A DNA stretch of 64,000 nt. Source: Rhina ancylostomus. Lineage: Eukaryota. This document shows positions 24,621-37,544 of this stretch, in pieces; the first letter of the stretch is position 1; each line of letters starts with the position of its first letter. Under the pieces are notes generated by a model, which ran no database searches, was not told the DNA's origin, and saw only the letters and a list, made by a program, of their open reading frames with translations. Where the stretch lies: NCBI GenBank assembly GCA_030265395.1, contig JARFYF010000064.1, positions 17,306,451 through 17,370,450 on the forward strand. The letters are read 5' to 3'. Made by a program: the position numbers and the translations under genes.

Positions 24621-25104
24621 TTCAAGCAGTTTGACATAATTGGAGGGCATCCCAAGTCACTCTGTAGAATGATTACATTTCACTAGCCTGGGACAGCAGT
24701 CACAAAGTGCTGACCAAATTAAAAGAAACATTTTTACTACCTCCTCTGAAGGAAATTAATGCCAATAACATGCCTGTCTTACTTGACATGCAACTTCAAG
24801 TTCAATGGATGTGAGTGAAATTAACATTCAGGCTTTAAAATTTAAAGCTTTCACATTTACTGCTCGAGAACATCAAGACTACATCAAATGACCACATATT
24901 CTTTTGAATTAAAGTTCCAAAGTACTTCACTGGTCCTCAAGCGTTAAAACTTTAATTGCACTAACAGAAACTTTACTGACTGGCATCACCCAATCAGCTC
25001 AGTCTGAACAAATTAATATAGGATTGGCAGTCAGTTCCCGGACTGGGGTCTTAATAAAAGCAAGAATGTACTGCTAAGTCTTTACAAGTCGTTGGTCAGA
25101 CTGC

Positions 25105-25183
25105 ATTTAAGATCTCTTTATTAGTCACATGTACATCGAAACACACAGTGAAATGCATCTTTTGCATAGAGTGTTCTGGGGGC
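25105..25183 (-). mobile_element. Rex1-tailed V-SINE, 3' part (remainder in gap)
   Basis: tctttattagtcacatgtacatcgaaacacacagtgaaatgcatcttttgcatagagtgttctgggggca, the same family as 29909, 38215 and 44281. Confidence 0.85.
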
Positions 25184-25354
25184 ANNNNNNNNNNNNNNNN
25201 NNNNNNNNNNNNNNNNNNNNNNNNNNNNNNNNNNNNNNNNNNNNNNNNNNNNNNNNNNNNNNNNNNNNNNNNNNNNNNNNNNNNGTGACAATAAAATTGA
25301 TTCTGATTCAAACAAGATTCGAACAGAGTCACAAAAGGAGATGTTATAAAAGTA

Positions 25355-25445
25355 AAGCAAAATACTAGAGATGCTGGAAATCTGAAATACTCAGGTCAGG
25401 CAGCATCTGTAGAGAGTGAAACAGAGTTAATATTTTGGCTAGATG
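25355..25445 (-). mobile_element. PLE terminal-repeat remnant
   Basis: gatgctggaaatctgaaatactcaggtcaggcagcatctgtagagagtgaaacagagttaa. Confidence 0.75.
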
Positions 25446-25454
25446 GCCAGAAGC

Positions 25455-25612
25455 TTGCTCGAAGGGTTCAAGAAGTGTCTTCAAGGAGGAGAGTGTGGAT
25501 TAGAGGTTTAGAGAGTGACTTTCAGGATTAGGGTTTTGGCAATGCAAGGCACGGCTGCCAACGATGAAGCAACTAAACTCGGGGTTACTCTTGCGGCCAG
25601 AATTGGAGATAT
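25455..25612 (-). mobile_element. L2 LINE fragment
   Basis: gtcttcaaggaggagag...gaggtttagagagtgactttcag...aaggcacggctgcca...ggccagaattggag. Confidence 0.55.
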
Positions 25613-26679
25613 ACGCACACAACCTAAGGAAGGAAACACATTTCAATAGCCTACTAGTTAATATTTATAAATAAGTAAATTTTATAAGATATGGAAGCTT
25701 AGCAGAGTAGAAGTTTTAAGGATGGAAGAGAGGCATTTTGTTTTACATATATACGGCGACATGTTACATCGGCTTCAATTATAAATTGAATAAAGAACCT
25801 CACCTTTGATGGGCAGAAGGTGTGAAGTTCACTTGTGTACAAGGCTGACCTGGCATTCTGTGCTGATTTGTCCATTATCGATGAAGAGCTGGCACTTTAA
25901 AAGCTTGAACTGATTATATGGTTGAGTTTTTGTCACTTCTTAATGTACATTTGCTGGCAAGTGGTTTGTTGGATTCCAGGTACTCTAATTATTTCACTTA
26001 ATTAGATATTCTTGTCCATGAACCTTTTCTGAGCATCAGTGGATTATTAGACTGAAGACAACTTCATAGCTAAACACGAATGCATCCTCGACACCATGTA
26101 TTTGTCAACATTTGTCACTGGGTTACGATTAGCTCATTTTCTCCTTTCTGTAACCAGTAATGTGGCCCAGTTGGGCATGTTTAGCCCTGCATAAACTGTA
26201 AACTTAAATCGAGACTTTAAGTTCTTGAAACAAAGATCAGGCAGCAAATACAGTGACAATAGTGGTGGACTGGACCACATTCAAGGATTCATCCAACGGC
26301 AAAACACTGCAGAGAGTAGAAATCTAACTGAGAAGAAAAGTCTCTGGAGACCAGCACAAAATCTATATTCACATTTTGGTACAATCACAGGAGGTGTTAA
26401 CTTGTCAGTGACTCTGGGACAGAAATTCATCCATTCATGTCAATTGAACTGAATTCTTTGGTTAGAATACAATGGTCAGGATTTAACGTATTACCCATTT
26501 AGCACTAGAAACTGAGGGTGAATTTCTACCCTAGTAGTTAGACCCCTTCTCCCTCAGATGAACACAAATAGTCCTTCAACACTATTTGACAATGGGTCGC
26601 AGTGTGGAAATAGGCTATTTGGCCCATTGAATTGATACAACTCTATGCAAAAGCTAGTAACAATCCCCTCTCTTTCTCA

Positions 26680-27745
26680 AAATCAAAGTCGAGTTTATTG
26701 TTATATGCACAAGTACATATATGCACAGGTGCAATGAAAAACTTACTTGCAGCAGCATCACAGGCACATTGCATCATGTAAGGAAGCGTTCACAAGAAAA
26801 ACATCAATTAAACATAAATTACACACAAGTTTTACAAGAAAAAAACACAATTAGAACAAAAAAAAAGTCCATTTTAGTGNNNNNNNNNNNNNNNNNNNNN
26901 NNNNNNNNNNNNNNNNNNNNNNNNNNNNNNNNNNNNNNNNNNNNNNNNNNNNNNNNNNNNNNNNNNNNNNNNNNNNNNNNNNNNNNNNNNNNNNNNNNNN
27001 NNNNNNNNNNNNNNNNNNNNNNNNNNNNNNNNNNNNNNNNNNNNNNNNNNNNNNNNNNNNNNNNNNNNNNNNNNNNNNNNNNNNNNNNNNNNNNNNNNNN
27101 NNNNNNNNNNNNNNNNNNNNNNNNNNNNNNNNNNNNNNNNNNNNNNNNNNNNNNNNNNNNNNNNNNNNNNNNNNNNNNNNNNNNNNNNNNNNNNNNNNNN
27201 NNNNNNNNNNNNNNNNNNNNNNNNNNNNNNNNNNNNNNNNNNNNNNNNNNNNNNNNNNNNNNNNNNNNNNNNNNNNNNNNNNNNNNNNNNNNNNNNNNNN
27301 NNNNNNNNNNNNNNNNNNNNNNNNNNNNNNNNNNNNNNNNNNNNNNNNNNNNNNNNNNNNNNNNNNNNNNNNNNNNNNNNNNNNNNNNNNNNNNNNNNNN
27401 NNNNNNNNNNNNNNNNNNNNNNNNNNNNNNNNNNNNNNNNNNNNNNNNNNNNNNNNNTCCCCTTCCTGAAGTCAACAAGCAGCTTTTTAGTTTTACTGAC
27501 GTTGAGCAAGAGGTTGTTGTTGCAGCACCACTCAACCAGGTGACCAATCTCATTCTGGTAAGCTGACTCATCGCCAGCCTGTGATTCATCCAACAGCAGT
27601 AGTGCTGTCGGCAAATTTGAAGATGGTATTGGAGCTGTGTTTAGCCACACAGTCATGTGTATCAAGAGTAGAGCAGGGGGCTAAGCACGCAGCCTTGAGG
27701 TGCACCTGTGTTGATGGTCAGTGAGGACGAGATGTTGTTACTGAT
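26680..27745 (-). mobile_element. Rex1/Babar LINE spanning a 578-N gap
   Basis: Tail at left (aaagtcgagtttattg). Right of the gap, the RT core on the minus strand reads TGAPQGCVLSPLLYS, KFADS and DESAYQNEIGHLVEWCCNNNLLLNVSKTKKLLVDFRK. Confidence 0.9.
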
Positions 27746-28529
27746 TTCCTTTCAGCTACTTATTCAGGTCCCATTTGAACACCGCAATTGTTTTGCTTCC
27801 ATTGCAATCCTTGGCAGTGCATTCCAGACTGTCACAACTTGAAATAAAGCAAGTTTGCTTATGTTACTACTGGTACTTCTGCCAATTGTCTTTATGGGAG
27901 TTTTCATGGTATCTTAGCCAACATTCAACCCTCAAACACATTGTTGAAATATGTTATCATATCATTTATTTCATTGCTGTTATGTGTGAATTGTTAGTTG
28001 GATTTACCCAACATGCTCTTTGAATCTACTTACTTGGCAGTGAAGCTCCACTGCATATCTTGAGGTCAGGGAAGACTTGGTGTAAGTGCAAGTTCTGATA
28101 GAGTGAGGATTAAACTTGGCCAGACTTTCAAATGAAAATGTCGTGCACATCATGATCAATTTAGTGAGGTGTAACATAGAAAAACAAAGGTGACAGATGG
28201 GTAGAGTCAACAAGTCACCTCCATGACAGTTGCTATGCAAAACAGATCAAAATTGGGTGTGGTGCAAAGTGTGTTGTCAGTTTACAGTCAGCCCATTTTG
28301 TTTCTGGAGTTCCTCATGATTCTTCTATTCAGCAGACTGTACCACGTGGAAAATGGCTGCTTAGCCCATGCATTTTATAGAGAAGTGATTGTCCATGGGT
28401 TAACTAACACTAACGATTATTTCCAGGTCAATTAATGTCCATCGGGAAAGGACCTGGGCACTTCTGAAGTTCCCCTTAGCACGGTTGATATTTGTCTGGT
28501 GACAGTCTTGCATGTTTCATATTTCTCAT

Positions 28530-28730
28530 GGCATAGAAGGAGGCCATTCAGCCCAATGAATCTATTCTCGCTCTCAGATCAATGCCATTCCCCCAATTAT
28601 TCCTTCATAACCTGTTCTCTGTCACGTTTTCATTGATCCTCCCCGCTGCCCCTACCACCCAACCACAGTAGAGGTAATTTGCAATGGCCAGTTGACCTAC
28701 CAAACCGCACGTCTTTGGGATGTCGGAGGA
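28530..28730 (-). mobile_element. HE1-like SINE, 5'-truncated by the adjacent Rex1
   Basis: aaggaggccattcagcccaatgaatct...acctaccaaaccgcacgtctttgggatgtcggaggaaac. Confidence 0.75.
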
Positions 28731-29058
28731 AACAGCCTCCCCTCCGTGGGCTCTGTCTACACTTCTCGCTGCCTTGGTAAAGCAGTCAACATAATCAAAG
28801 GCTCCACCCACTCCAGACATTCTCTCTTCTCCCTTCTCCCATTGGGCAGAAGTTACAAAAGCTGTAAAGCACATACTACCAGGCTCAAGGACAGCTTCTA
28901 TCCCGCGGTTATAAGACTATTGAATGAACCTCTTGTATGATAAGATGGACCCTTGACCTCACAATCTCCTTTGTCATGACCTTGCACCTTATTGTCTGAC
29001 TGCACTGCCCTTTATCTGTAAATGTAACACTTTATTCTGCATGCTGTTATTGTTTTCC
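28731..29058 (+). mobile_element. Rex1/Babar 3' end
   Basis: SLPSVGSVYTSRCLGKAVNIIKGSTHSRHSLFSLLPLGRSYKSCKAHTTRLKDSFYPAVIRLLN. Confidence 0.9.
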
Positions 29059-29158
29059 NNNNNNNNNNNNNNNNNNNNNNNNNNNNNNNNNNNNNNNNNN
29101 NNNNNNNNNNNNNNNNNNNNNNNNNNNNNNNNNNNNNNNNNNNNNNNNNNNNNNNNNN

Positions 29159-29337
29159 ACGATAGTGGCATTTAAGAAGCTTTTAGATAGACACATGAAT
29201 ATGCAGGGAATGGAGGGATATGGATCATGTACAGGTGGAAGAGCTTTAGTTTAATTTGGCATCGCATTTGACGCAGACATTGTGGGCTGATGGGCCTGTT
29301 CCTGTGCTGTACAGTTCTATGTTCTGGTTCTATGTTC
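29159..29337 (+). mobile_element. CR1 3' tail
   Basis: gcatttaagaagcttttagatagacacatg...gggctgatgggcctgttcctgtgctgtacagttctatgttc. Confidence 0.85.
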
Positions 29338-29714
29338 TTTTCATCTGTGCTGTCTAACGTGCTGGGAGAGCGGGCTGGGAATGTTCAATCAGGAAGTGGC
29401 AAGCATAAATTGAAGATTGAGATAGGTTGGGATTGGGATTAGTCGGCGGTTGGGGAATGATGGGAGCCTGAAGAAGAAGTCTCACCAAGGGTGTGAGGGG
29501 ATGAGATGCAAGCTGAACTTGGTAATTTCTTCAAGGTAATTTCTTCAAGAATTTGGAAGTTGGATGGATTTTAAGAATCACAATGAATCCAGTTGATCTG
29601 AATTTGTGAAGCAGGATGCAGCACACAAAGGGTCATGTGCATTCTCAGTTCCTGACATGGACGTGATGAGGTTTTCCTCTACATCCTGGAAGTGATAATC
29701 CAGACAGCTGGCAA

Positions 29715-30520
29715 AAAAACTGTGTGCATTTCTGGTCATCCCATTGCAGGAAGGATGTGGAGGCTTTGGAGAGGGTGCAGAAGAGGTTTACCAGGATGCT
29801 GCCTGGATTAGAGGGCATGTGATCTTAGGAGAGGTTGGACAAACTTGGGCTGTTTTCCTCCGGGGTGTTGGAAGCTGAGGAGAGACCTGATAGAAGATTA
29901 TAAAATTACAGTAGTGTAGCAGTTAGTGTAACGCTATTACAGCACCAGTGACCTGGGTTCAATTCCAGCTGCTGCCTGCAAGGAGTTTGTACGTTCTCCC
30001 CGTGTCTGCGTGGGTTTCCTCCAGGTGCTCCGGTTTCCTCCCACATTCCACAGACGTGTGGGTTAGGAAGTTGTGGGCGTGCTATGTTGGCGCCGAAACC
30101 ATGGCGACACTTGCGGGCTGCCCCCAGAACACTCTACGTAAAAGATACATTTCACTGTGTGTTTCAATGTACATGTGACTAATAAAGATAACTTATCGTA
30201 TGAGAGGCATATATATAGTAGACAGAATCTTTTTCCCCGGGTAGAAATGTGAAGTACCAGAGGACATGCATATAAGGTGAGAGGCGGGAAAGTTTAAAGG
30301 AGATGTGTGGGGTAAGTTTTTTGACAGAAAGGGTGGTGGCTGCCTGGAATGGGCTGCCAGGGATAATGGTGGCATTCGATATGATCGTGGTGTTTAAGAG
30401 TCTTTTATGAATTTGCAGGGGATATAGATCATGTACAGGCAGATTTAGTTTAACTTGGCACCGTGTTTGGCACAGACACAGTGGGCCAAAGGACCTATTT
30501 CTGCACTACTGTTTTGTGTA
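29715..30520 (+). mobile_element. CR1/HER1 3' fragment interrupted by a SINE
   Basis: RKDVEALERVQKRFTRMLPGLEG...DLIE.YKI, resuming after 30198 with tgagaggcat and running to the CR1 tail. Confidence 0.88.
29909..30198 (+). mobile_element. Rex1-tailed V-SINE, near full length
   Basis: tRNA-like head with B-box GGTTCAATTCC (29956-29966), V-core gtacgttctccccgtgtctgcgtgggtttcctccaggtgctccggtttcctcccac, tail catttcactgtgtgtttcaatgtacatgtgactaataaa. Confidence 0.9.
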
Positions 30521-32814
30521 ACCCTTACCATTGTTTGGTGTTTCTATCAGATGCACCCCAGTACACAATGACTGCGAGACTGATCAGCCTATAACTCTCA
30601 GGGCTCTGGTCCAGTCCCACAAAGGAGACAAACCATGCCTCCCTCTATTTTTCTTTTCATTGCAAGCTACATAAAAGGCTGGAGGGTACTTTGATTACCC
30701 TGAAGTTACAAAGGTGCTATATCAATGCAAGTCTTTCTTGCCCAGAAGTCATTGAAAAAGAAAATGAATACTATGTACAGTGAACTGCTAATCCAACACC
30801 ACCTGCAGCTCGATACCGTCCAAAATTAAATCAGTCCTTTAGTTGATGGGCAGTGAATATTTATTTTCAGTCTTGGTAATCCTTTGTAAGTGACTGGCAA
30901 AGGAGTTAAAACAAAACACTGTGGGAAACTTGACTCTGGAATTCCAAAGCTGATGGAGATACAAAGTACATAGGTTTGTATATTAAATAAAAGCCTCCCT
31001 ACTTGCTTGCAATAAAAGCAAAATAAGTATGGCATTTTGCACCATGACAACAAGTGACCCCATTCAATCTTGTCAGCAAACATTAACAGTGTGTTTAGAA
31101 AGTAAAAGCCCTTATGCACAGGTTGGGGCGCCTGAAGGAACGCTTGCATGTTTAAGGAGGATTGTTGAAGTTATTACAGGATGTCACAAAATATAGTCAA
31201 TTGTAAATGATTAGAGCTGTCTGAAAGCCGATTCTATTACTTTTCAGAGCATATAATTGCTCAGCATAATCCTGTGTGGCACAACCCTTTCATGCTTATG
31301 AAGAGATCAAAAAGAGATTTGTAAGCAAAATCCCATACCGTCAGCTCAGTGTTCCATTAAAATAGAATTCAGAATTGGCTATGATTGCTTATATAATGAT
31401 TACATGTTGTGCAAATGTTAAACCTCAGCCTAATCCTGCATTTGCTGAATAATAATGCTTGAGCTTTTGTTTTTGAACACAGTACTAATTGATTTTTATG
31501 TTTCAACTAAGGGCACTGCTGATGCCATAATGGGTAACTGCAAGTTGTGATCTTGCTTTTTGGAAAGATAAAGAACCTTTTGAGTTCCATCTGTGTTCAT
31601 GGGACTGGCTTAATATCATGATGATTCTAGATNNNNNNNNNNNNNNNNNNNNNNNNNNNNNNNNNNNNNNNNNNNNNNNNNNNNNNNNNNNNNNNNNNNN
31701 NNNNNNNNNNNNNNNNNNNNNNNNNNNNNNNNNNNNNNNNNNNNNNNNNNNNNNNNNNNNNNNNNNNNNNNNNNNNNNNNNNNNNNNNNNNNNNNNNNNN
31801 NNNNNNNNNNNNNNNNNNATGTCTGGAAAGATGTCATAGAGTTTGCATTTTGCATGTTTTCCTGTAATATAGCACACTTGGTTTTAAACAGACCTATGAG
31901 AAGCAGCAAGCACCAAATGCTTTTACACCCAAGAAGTAAATATCATGTATTTTGTTGTGTTTCTTTAAAATAGTTAGCAAAAAAACTCAATTCAGATTTT
32001 TTGTATTTGCAGCAGTGAATCGAGGCATTTAAGGGACATTCCTAGATTAGCTCTGTTCCCATGAAGCCAAGAGGCAGATGTGCTGGATTATTAGACCGTT
32101 TCCTCATGCATATGTCATTTTTGGCTTTCCAAATTGCATATGCAGTCTGGACCTATTACTCAAATTTTTTACAAACCAACTTACCAAGATTAACCACTGT
32201 CAGGTCAGTGGGAGACAGAAATGATTGATGTATTTGGGGTGTTATTAAAAGCAAGTAGGTCAGTGGAAATGCTGAGTTTATCTGCAAGGTTGTCAATAGC
32301 ATCCTTTGAGAGGGGAACAGCTTTTCTTATTTGGAAGCTGACTTAAGCAAAGAGCGTGAGGAAAGATTTTTGAGAAGGAGCCTGAATTACAACAGCTTGT
32401 GAAAGGAAAATCGAGTTTGTTTCGAGTATTTTGAACTGTGTTTGTTGGAAGAATTGGTGGAAGCGCCAACTATTTCTACAAAGCAGTTTCTCAAAGTCAC
32501 ACAGCTGTATGTTTATGTACTTTTAGCAACGGCATCTTATTGGTTAGTGACAGGAGGAGAGGCAGTGATGCCATATGGAGAGAGATGCGGTTTAAGGTCA
32601 GTTTTTTTGTGACAAATACTGCACAGCACCCTCAGTCCAGCATCTCCCTATCATTGAGTTGTATGGCTATGGCTTTGCCAAGCTGCTTGGGTTGATTAAT
32701 TTAAAATCATTGCATGGTGTTACTTGTTGCTAATTCAGGTCACACATTGCCCAGCTGGCCTTTTGAGTAAATCACTGTAGCTATTGATGGAAAAGGGTTG
32801 GAGTAAAAAAATGG

Positions 32815-33185
32815 AAGAACTTGCATGGATCTTCATGCTGTGATCCACAGCTTCGAGACACATCAAGACAATGAAGCACTTGTTAAAATAAATCTGGTCT
32901 GTGTGTGGCAGTGGAGAAATGTGACAGCTGATTTAGACACAGCAAGATCCCACATACTGTAGCCACAAATGGTGATATTAATAAAATATTAGGCCTAACC
33001 ATCCTGTTATTCTTAGGATCTTTTACCCCCACAAGAGAGGCCAGGTGAGGTCCTGGTTTAATAGTACAGAACGCTTAGATAACAGTGGAGTCTTGGCCTA
33101 AATTTTGTCCTCAAATTTCTAGAGTAAGGCTTGAGTCTGCAATCTCCTGACTCAAGTGCACTTATTTCGGTTGATCCAAAGCTGC
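32815..33185 (-). mobile_element. Deu-domain SINE (SacSINE1-like), highly diverged
   Basis: Ordered landmarks aagaacttgcat (L2-type tail), cacagcaagatcccaca, ggatcttttac...gagagg...ggtttaa, cctaaattttgtcctcaa and ggcttgagtctgcaatctcctgactca (tRNA head, reverse). Confidence 0.65.
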
Positions 33186-33950
33186 CAGTGCAGGTTGCCT
33201 CAGTCATCAAGGAGATGGACCGGGCCGTCTGTGAATTTGCGGGCAGCTATTCCTGGGCCTAGAAATACCTGTCCCTGAACATGGTGGGCTCAGGCTTGCA
33301 AGCATTAGACTAGGAAGAAGTTGAGGCACTGCTGTTCTTTCTGGCCCTGCACTCAAACATGTTACTTGCCTTCCACATTATAGCCAATCCCAAGGGTTGG
33401 TTTCCTTGAGGGTGGCCAATAGTGGTATTGGCTGTTGGATAGGAAATCATACTTGAAAAGGGGACCATAAGCAACCTTTTGACTCCTTATTTACAAATGT
33501 GAAATGCCGATTCAGGTGAATATATACGTTTCTTTAACTTATTGATGTAGCAATTACTTGTGATGCAAAATGTCGTGGCCTTGGATATCCTCAAAGCACT
33601 CAAGGAAGATACCGTGGTGCAGTTTCTGAACTCTTGCTCAAGACTGCAATGAAGTGCTGTCCTTGGTTATGTTAAATGTGCTCATGGTTAATGGCGAACA
33701 TATCCTGGCTTTGGCCACTGTTCAATCCACCCCAGTTTTGAAATAACCCAGTTATCATCCAGTTAGTTTGTGACAATTCTCTACATCATTCAATTGAGGA
33801 AGGAACTTTTTCAAGCAGTATGCCTTGCATTTCCACGGACACAGTTCAAAAAGTGGTTAGATGTGATACAAGTGGAGACCTGGAATACAAAATGAAACCA
33901 GCTCGCAGCAGTTGTACTCATTTATCTCTGTATTTTAAATGATAAAAGTT
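33180..33950 (+). mobile_element. Possible ancient L1/Tx1 ORF2 relic
   Basis: LPVQVASVIKEMDRAVCEF...PEHGGLRLASI resembles the post-RT F.W...GGL.LP region. Many stops. Confidence 0.3.
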
Positions 33951-34789
33951 TTGCCTGTCTAAGTGACAAGCTGTCTTCTCACAAAAAAGCCATTGTAATC
34001 ATACTGATGTAAGCACTATTTCAGATTAGTAAAATTTGTGATCCTTTGAACCCAAGTCTGCATGGTTTAGAAAAAGAACAGTAGTCAAGTTTAATCTGTT
34101 ACTTTACACAGTACATGAACATCAATTAATTAACCAAAGATTACAGTATCATAATAAGCAGCTTAATGTAGTTGTCTTGGTGAAGTGCTTTTTTCTGTGA
34201 CATTCAATTTAAAAAATTTACTTGTGGGACAGTGCTTAGAAATATGAGTTATCTTTTATTTATTTAACTCGCATTGGACTTGTATATTTTTGTTTCAAAC
34301 TTGATATTCTTCCTGCTTGCTCAAATGAACTGAATATTTGCTTGTGAATAAGACTGATCTTTCTCAATAAGCTGAAGAGCTCATTGTAAAAATAGTGCCT
34401 CAATTAAAAGTACACGGTATTGAATAAATAGTTGGTTGCAATACCATGAATTCTTCAGGGTTGATAGTTCATTATGTCTCAGCCATCCTGGGTTTCAAAA
34501 CAACAGTTAATCAAATAATAGTGCTTTTGAAAGTAACATCATCAAATTTATATTAGAGCTTGAATTTTTCAGTTTAATTTTTGATTAATTTTAAGGTTTT
34601 GTTTTCAGTTATTATGATTGTTTGACAAAGTCAGATGTTGTACCAACCTGTCCCCACTGTAAAGGTTCAATAAAGGTTCACTCTGGGACTTTGGGGAACT
34701 TGGGCACTTGCTGAAGTTTAGTCAAGGCAGATACCAGTGGTGAAGGTCCCCATAGCCGCAGGTGGCAGTATTAAGGATAACTCCTCAGG

Positions 34790-35000
34790 TCTGTACATTG
34801 AGAGCACATGGGAGTCCAGTGTAAATGGCAAAAGGGATTCACCATCTCTCAAACTACCTACCCACCTGTTTTGTCAGCTGCCTCCTACCCCATCAGTCCG
34901 TGGGTCCCATGTTGTCCTCATCAGTAACCTCAGAACCTACACAACTGGAGTGGAAGCAAGTCATTTTCAGTCTCGAGGACCACCAAAGAGACCTGAAGTT
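34790..35000 (+). mobile_element. RTE LINE 3' end
   Basis: ctcatcagtaacctcagaacctacacaactggagtggaagcaagtcatt...gaggaccaccaaagag. Confidence 0.7.
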
Positions 35001-35600
35001 ATTTCAGAAATTCTTCAGACAAATATATCACATTTCACTTTCTATAATACATTGCAACTAAATTGGTAAGGGTAGTAATAGTATCTCCACACTTGGAGTC
35101 CATTGCTCCCTGCATTTATTCTATGCCAGGTTTCTCTCCCCCTCCTTCTCTGCTCCCTGCCCCCCTCCCATCCAACCCACTGTTACCCAGTCAGGTCAGT
35201 GTCTGGCAGATTTATGGTCTGCCCACAATAAAATGGGATTGGTCAGCTGTCAACACACAAGTTCCTCCATTAGAGAGTTGCATTCTTGAAGCCAAATGAC
35301 ATTCTAAAATATATTGTCCTCACAGAGAAATAATGAAATTTTTAAATCCGTTCTCCAGAATGGTTTCTGGTTATTACTGATAAATGTAGAAAAAAACTGA
35401 AGCTTTCATTCAGCAGAGTCACAGAAGCTGGCACCACGTTTCTAATATAGATGGACCATATGTCACTCCAAAGCAGAAATATGGGCTGTCTCCCAACCAC
35501 TGCTGGTTGTGTTAGAAGGCAAAGGCCAGGTGTGCATCAGGAGCAATCCCATGTCAAGAAATTTTTATTTGATGTTAACAGTGATGCATTCAGTTTCTAG

Positions 35601-35720
35601 CCTGAGTTCAAGAAAAGGTGCAACAAAGCTTCTCTTGTTCAGAATGGGAAAGTTGACCAGAATTTTCATCATGTAGATGGTTATTTGGTGATCTCTGCTA
35701 GAAATGTGTGTGCTATTCAG
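35601..35720 (+). CDS. Candidate phase 0-0 exon, unidentified
   Basis: Acceptor cagtttctag| (or in-frame tctcttgttcag| at 35643), donor CAG|gtaagg, open frame PEFKKRCNKASLVQNGKVDQNFHHVDGYLVISARNVCAIQ. No homology recognised. Confidence 0.2.
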
Positions 35721-37544
35721 GTAAGGAAGGGGTTGGGTTTTGAGCAGTTGCCTTCCAGGGCAAAATAGCCTGCTGATATTTTCTGGAGGGTCAGCATGGT
35801 CAAGTCTGACTGGCAAAATACTCAGCAAAATAACCAGCAAAAGAAAAGATGAAGGAAACTAGCAAAGGGAAAAAGTAGTAACAGTTTTTATATATCCTGA
35901 TGAAGATCAGATCATTTTGAGCTGCTTTTTCATAAAAAGTCTACTTTTCAGTTCTGTCTTAATTTCTATTTTCTCTCATCAGTCTACTGGCAATTCTTCA
36001 AACAAATCCTCTTGCCAGGATTGGCAAAATATACCGTTAGTTTCTTCAGAGTACAATGTAAATTCACCATACACTGATTNNNNNNNNNNNNNNNNNNNNN
36101 NNNNNNNNNNNNNNNNNNNNNNNNNNNNNNNNNNNNNNNNNNNNNNNNNNNNNNNNNNNNNNNNNNNNNNNNNNNNNNNTGATTTTAAGTATGTCAAAAC
36201 AAGAAAGATGCAAGGTTTAAATAGAACTAAATATTTCGGAGGTTGTAACCCTATATATTTCTTGTAAATAGTAGTTGTCTTCCTTCAAGAGATACCTGAA
36301 CTCCAGCAGATCAATTTTCTGAGCCGTCTGGTAGATTTGATGGGTGATTTTATTCCCTGGATTTTATGTCACATAAATTACTTTGGGCATGTAAGGCACT
36401 TGGGTTTCCTTCTGAATCTCAACTCTGCACTGATTCAGTTGCTTTTGGTATCCACAGAAAGCCAGCAACTTAAATGCAACACATTCCTGAATGGCTTTGA
36501 AGATGGTGTACTTTTGTTGAGGTTAATGGAGAAATAAGTCACCTTATATGTAATCTTTGCCAAAATTGGTGATTTTATTGACATCACATGCAAGATTGTT
36601 TCCTGAAGCCTCAGCTCATATTGTGAATGTTCAGTTTGTCATATTTTCCATCTCAACTCTTCCCAAAGGAACGTACTTCATGAATTGACCTGTCAGAATT
36701 CCTGATTTTCTTCACCACTTTATATAAATGGTTTTGGATTTGAATTCCATTTCAATAGGTTCATTGTGTGTCGATTATTAATATGCTCTCTAAAAGCCAT
36801 AGCTTACAAATGGGAAACTGGAGTTTCCTTTTGTTTGGGTGAAGTACTTCTTGCAAAATACCTTGCCTGAGACCTATTCTTGTGGCTAGTTGAGTTGATT
36901 TTGCAGTCAATAGTGAACCATACAATTTTGCTTCTAAGACAGAAGTTCAAGGGAAGATGGCTGATCTTTTTCTTATTTGAAAAGATCACGACTTAAACAT
37001 AGATCATGAGCACATCATTTGACATTCCTATGCCCAAGAGTGGATATAATTCAGGTTCCACTTTTAATCAGCCTGGGCTTACAACATAATCAGAGAAGCT
37101 CAAAAGGTCCCAGTTCCGCACCACTATNNNNNNNNNNNNNNNNNNNNNNNNNNNNNNNNNNNNNNNNNNNNNNNNNNNNNNNNNNNNNNNNNNNNNNNNN
37201 NNNNNNNNNNNNNNNNNNNNNNNNNNNGGTCCGCACCACTATAGGTGAAAAAATAATGGATGTACCAGCCAAAGATCTTTAAAAAGTTTCACCTTCCAAA
37301 GAGCTTCACTGGTTTTGCTCTGGGGCTGTGATAGCTTGTCTCTAACAGAAAATATATTGGATATGATTCCAACCCTGCAATATATTGGATATGATTTCCC
37401 CTTTTGCTTGAATTGTTAGTTTTTTTTGGAGCCTCTTGATGTTATATTCTGTTAAGTGCCACCTTAATGTCGAACACATTATTTCCCTTTTTTCAGGATT
37501 CATGGTGATCACACAGTGAATGTCCTCCGCAGCTACAAGATAAC

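Noticed and set aside
26721-27665. Longest ORFs in the track (256-281 aa)
   Set aside because: They consist mostly of X from a 578-N gap. The real flanks are Rex1 sequence.
29909-29985. tRNA gene (A/B boxes)
   Set aside because: It is a SINE head running directly into the V-core, with no complete cloverleaf.
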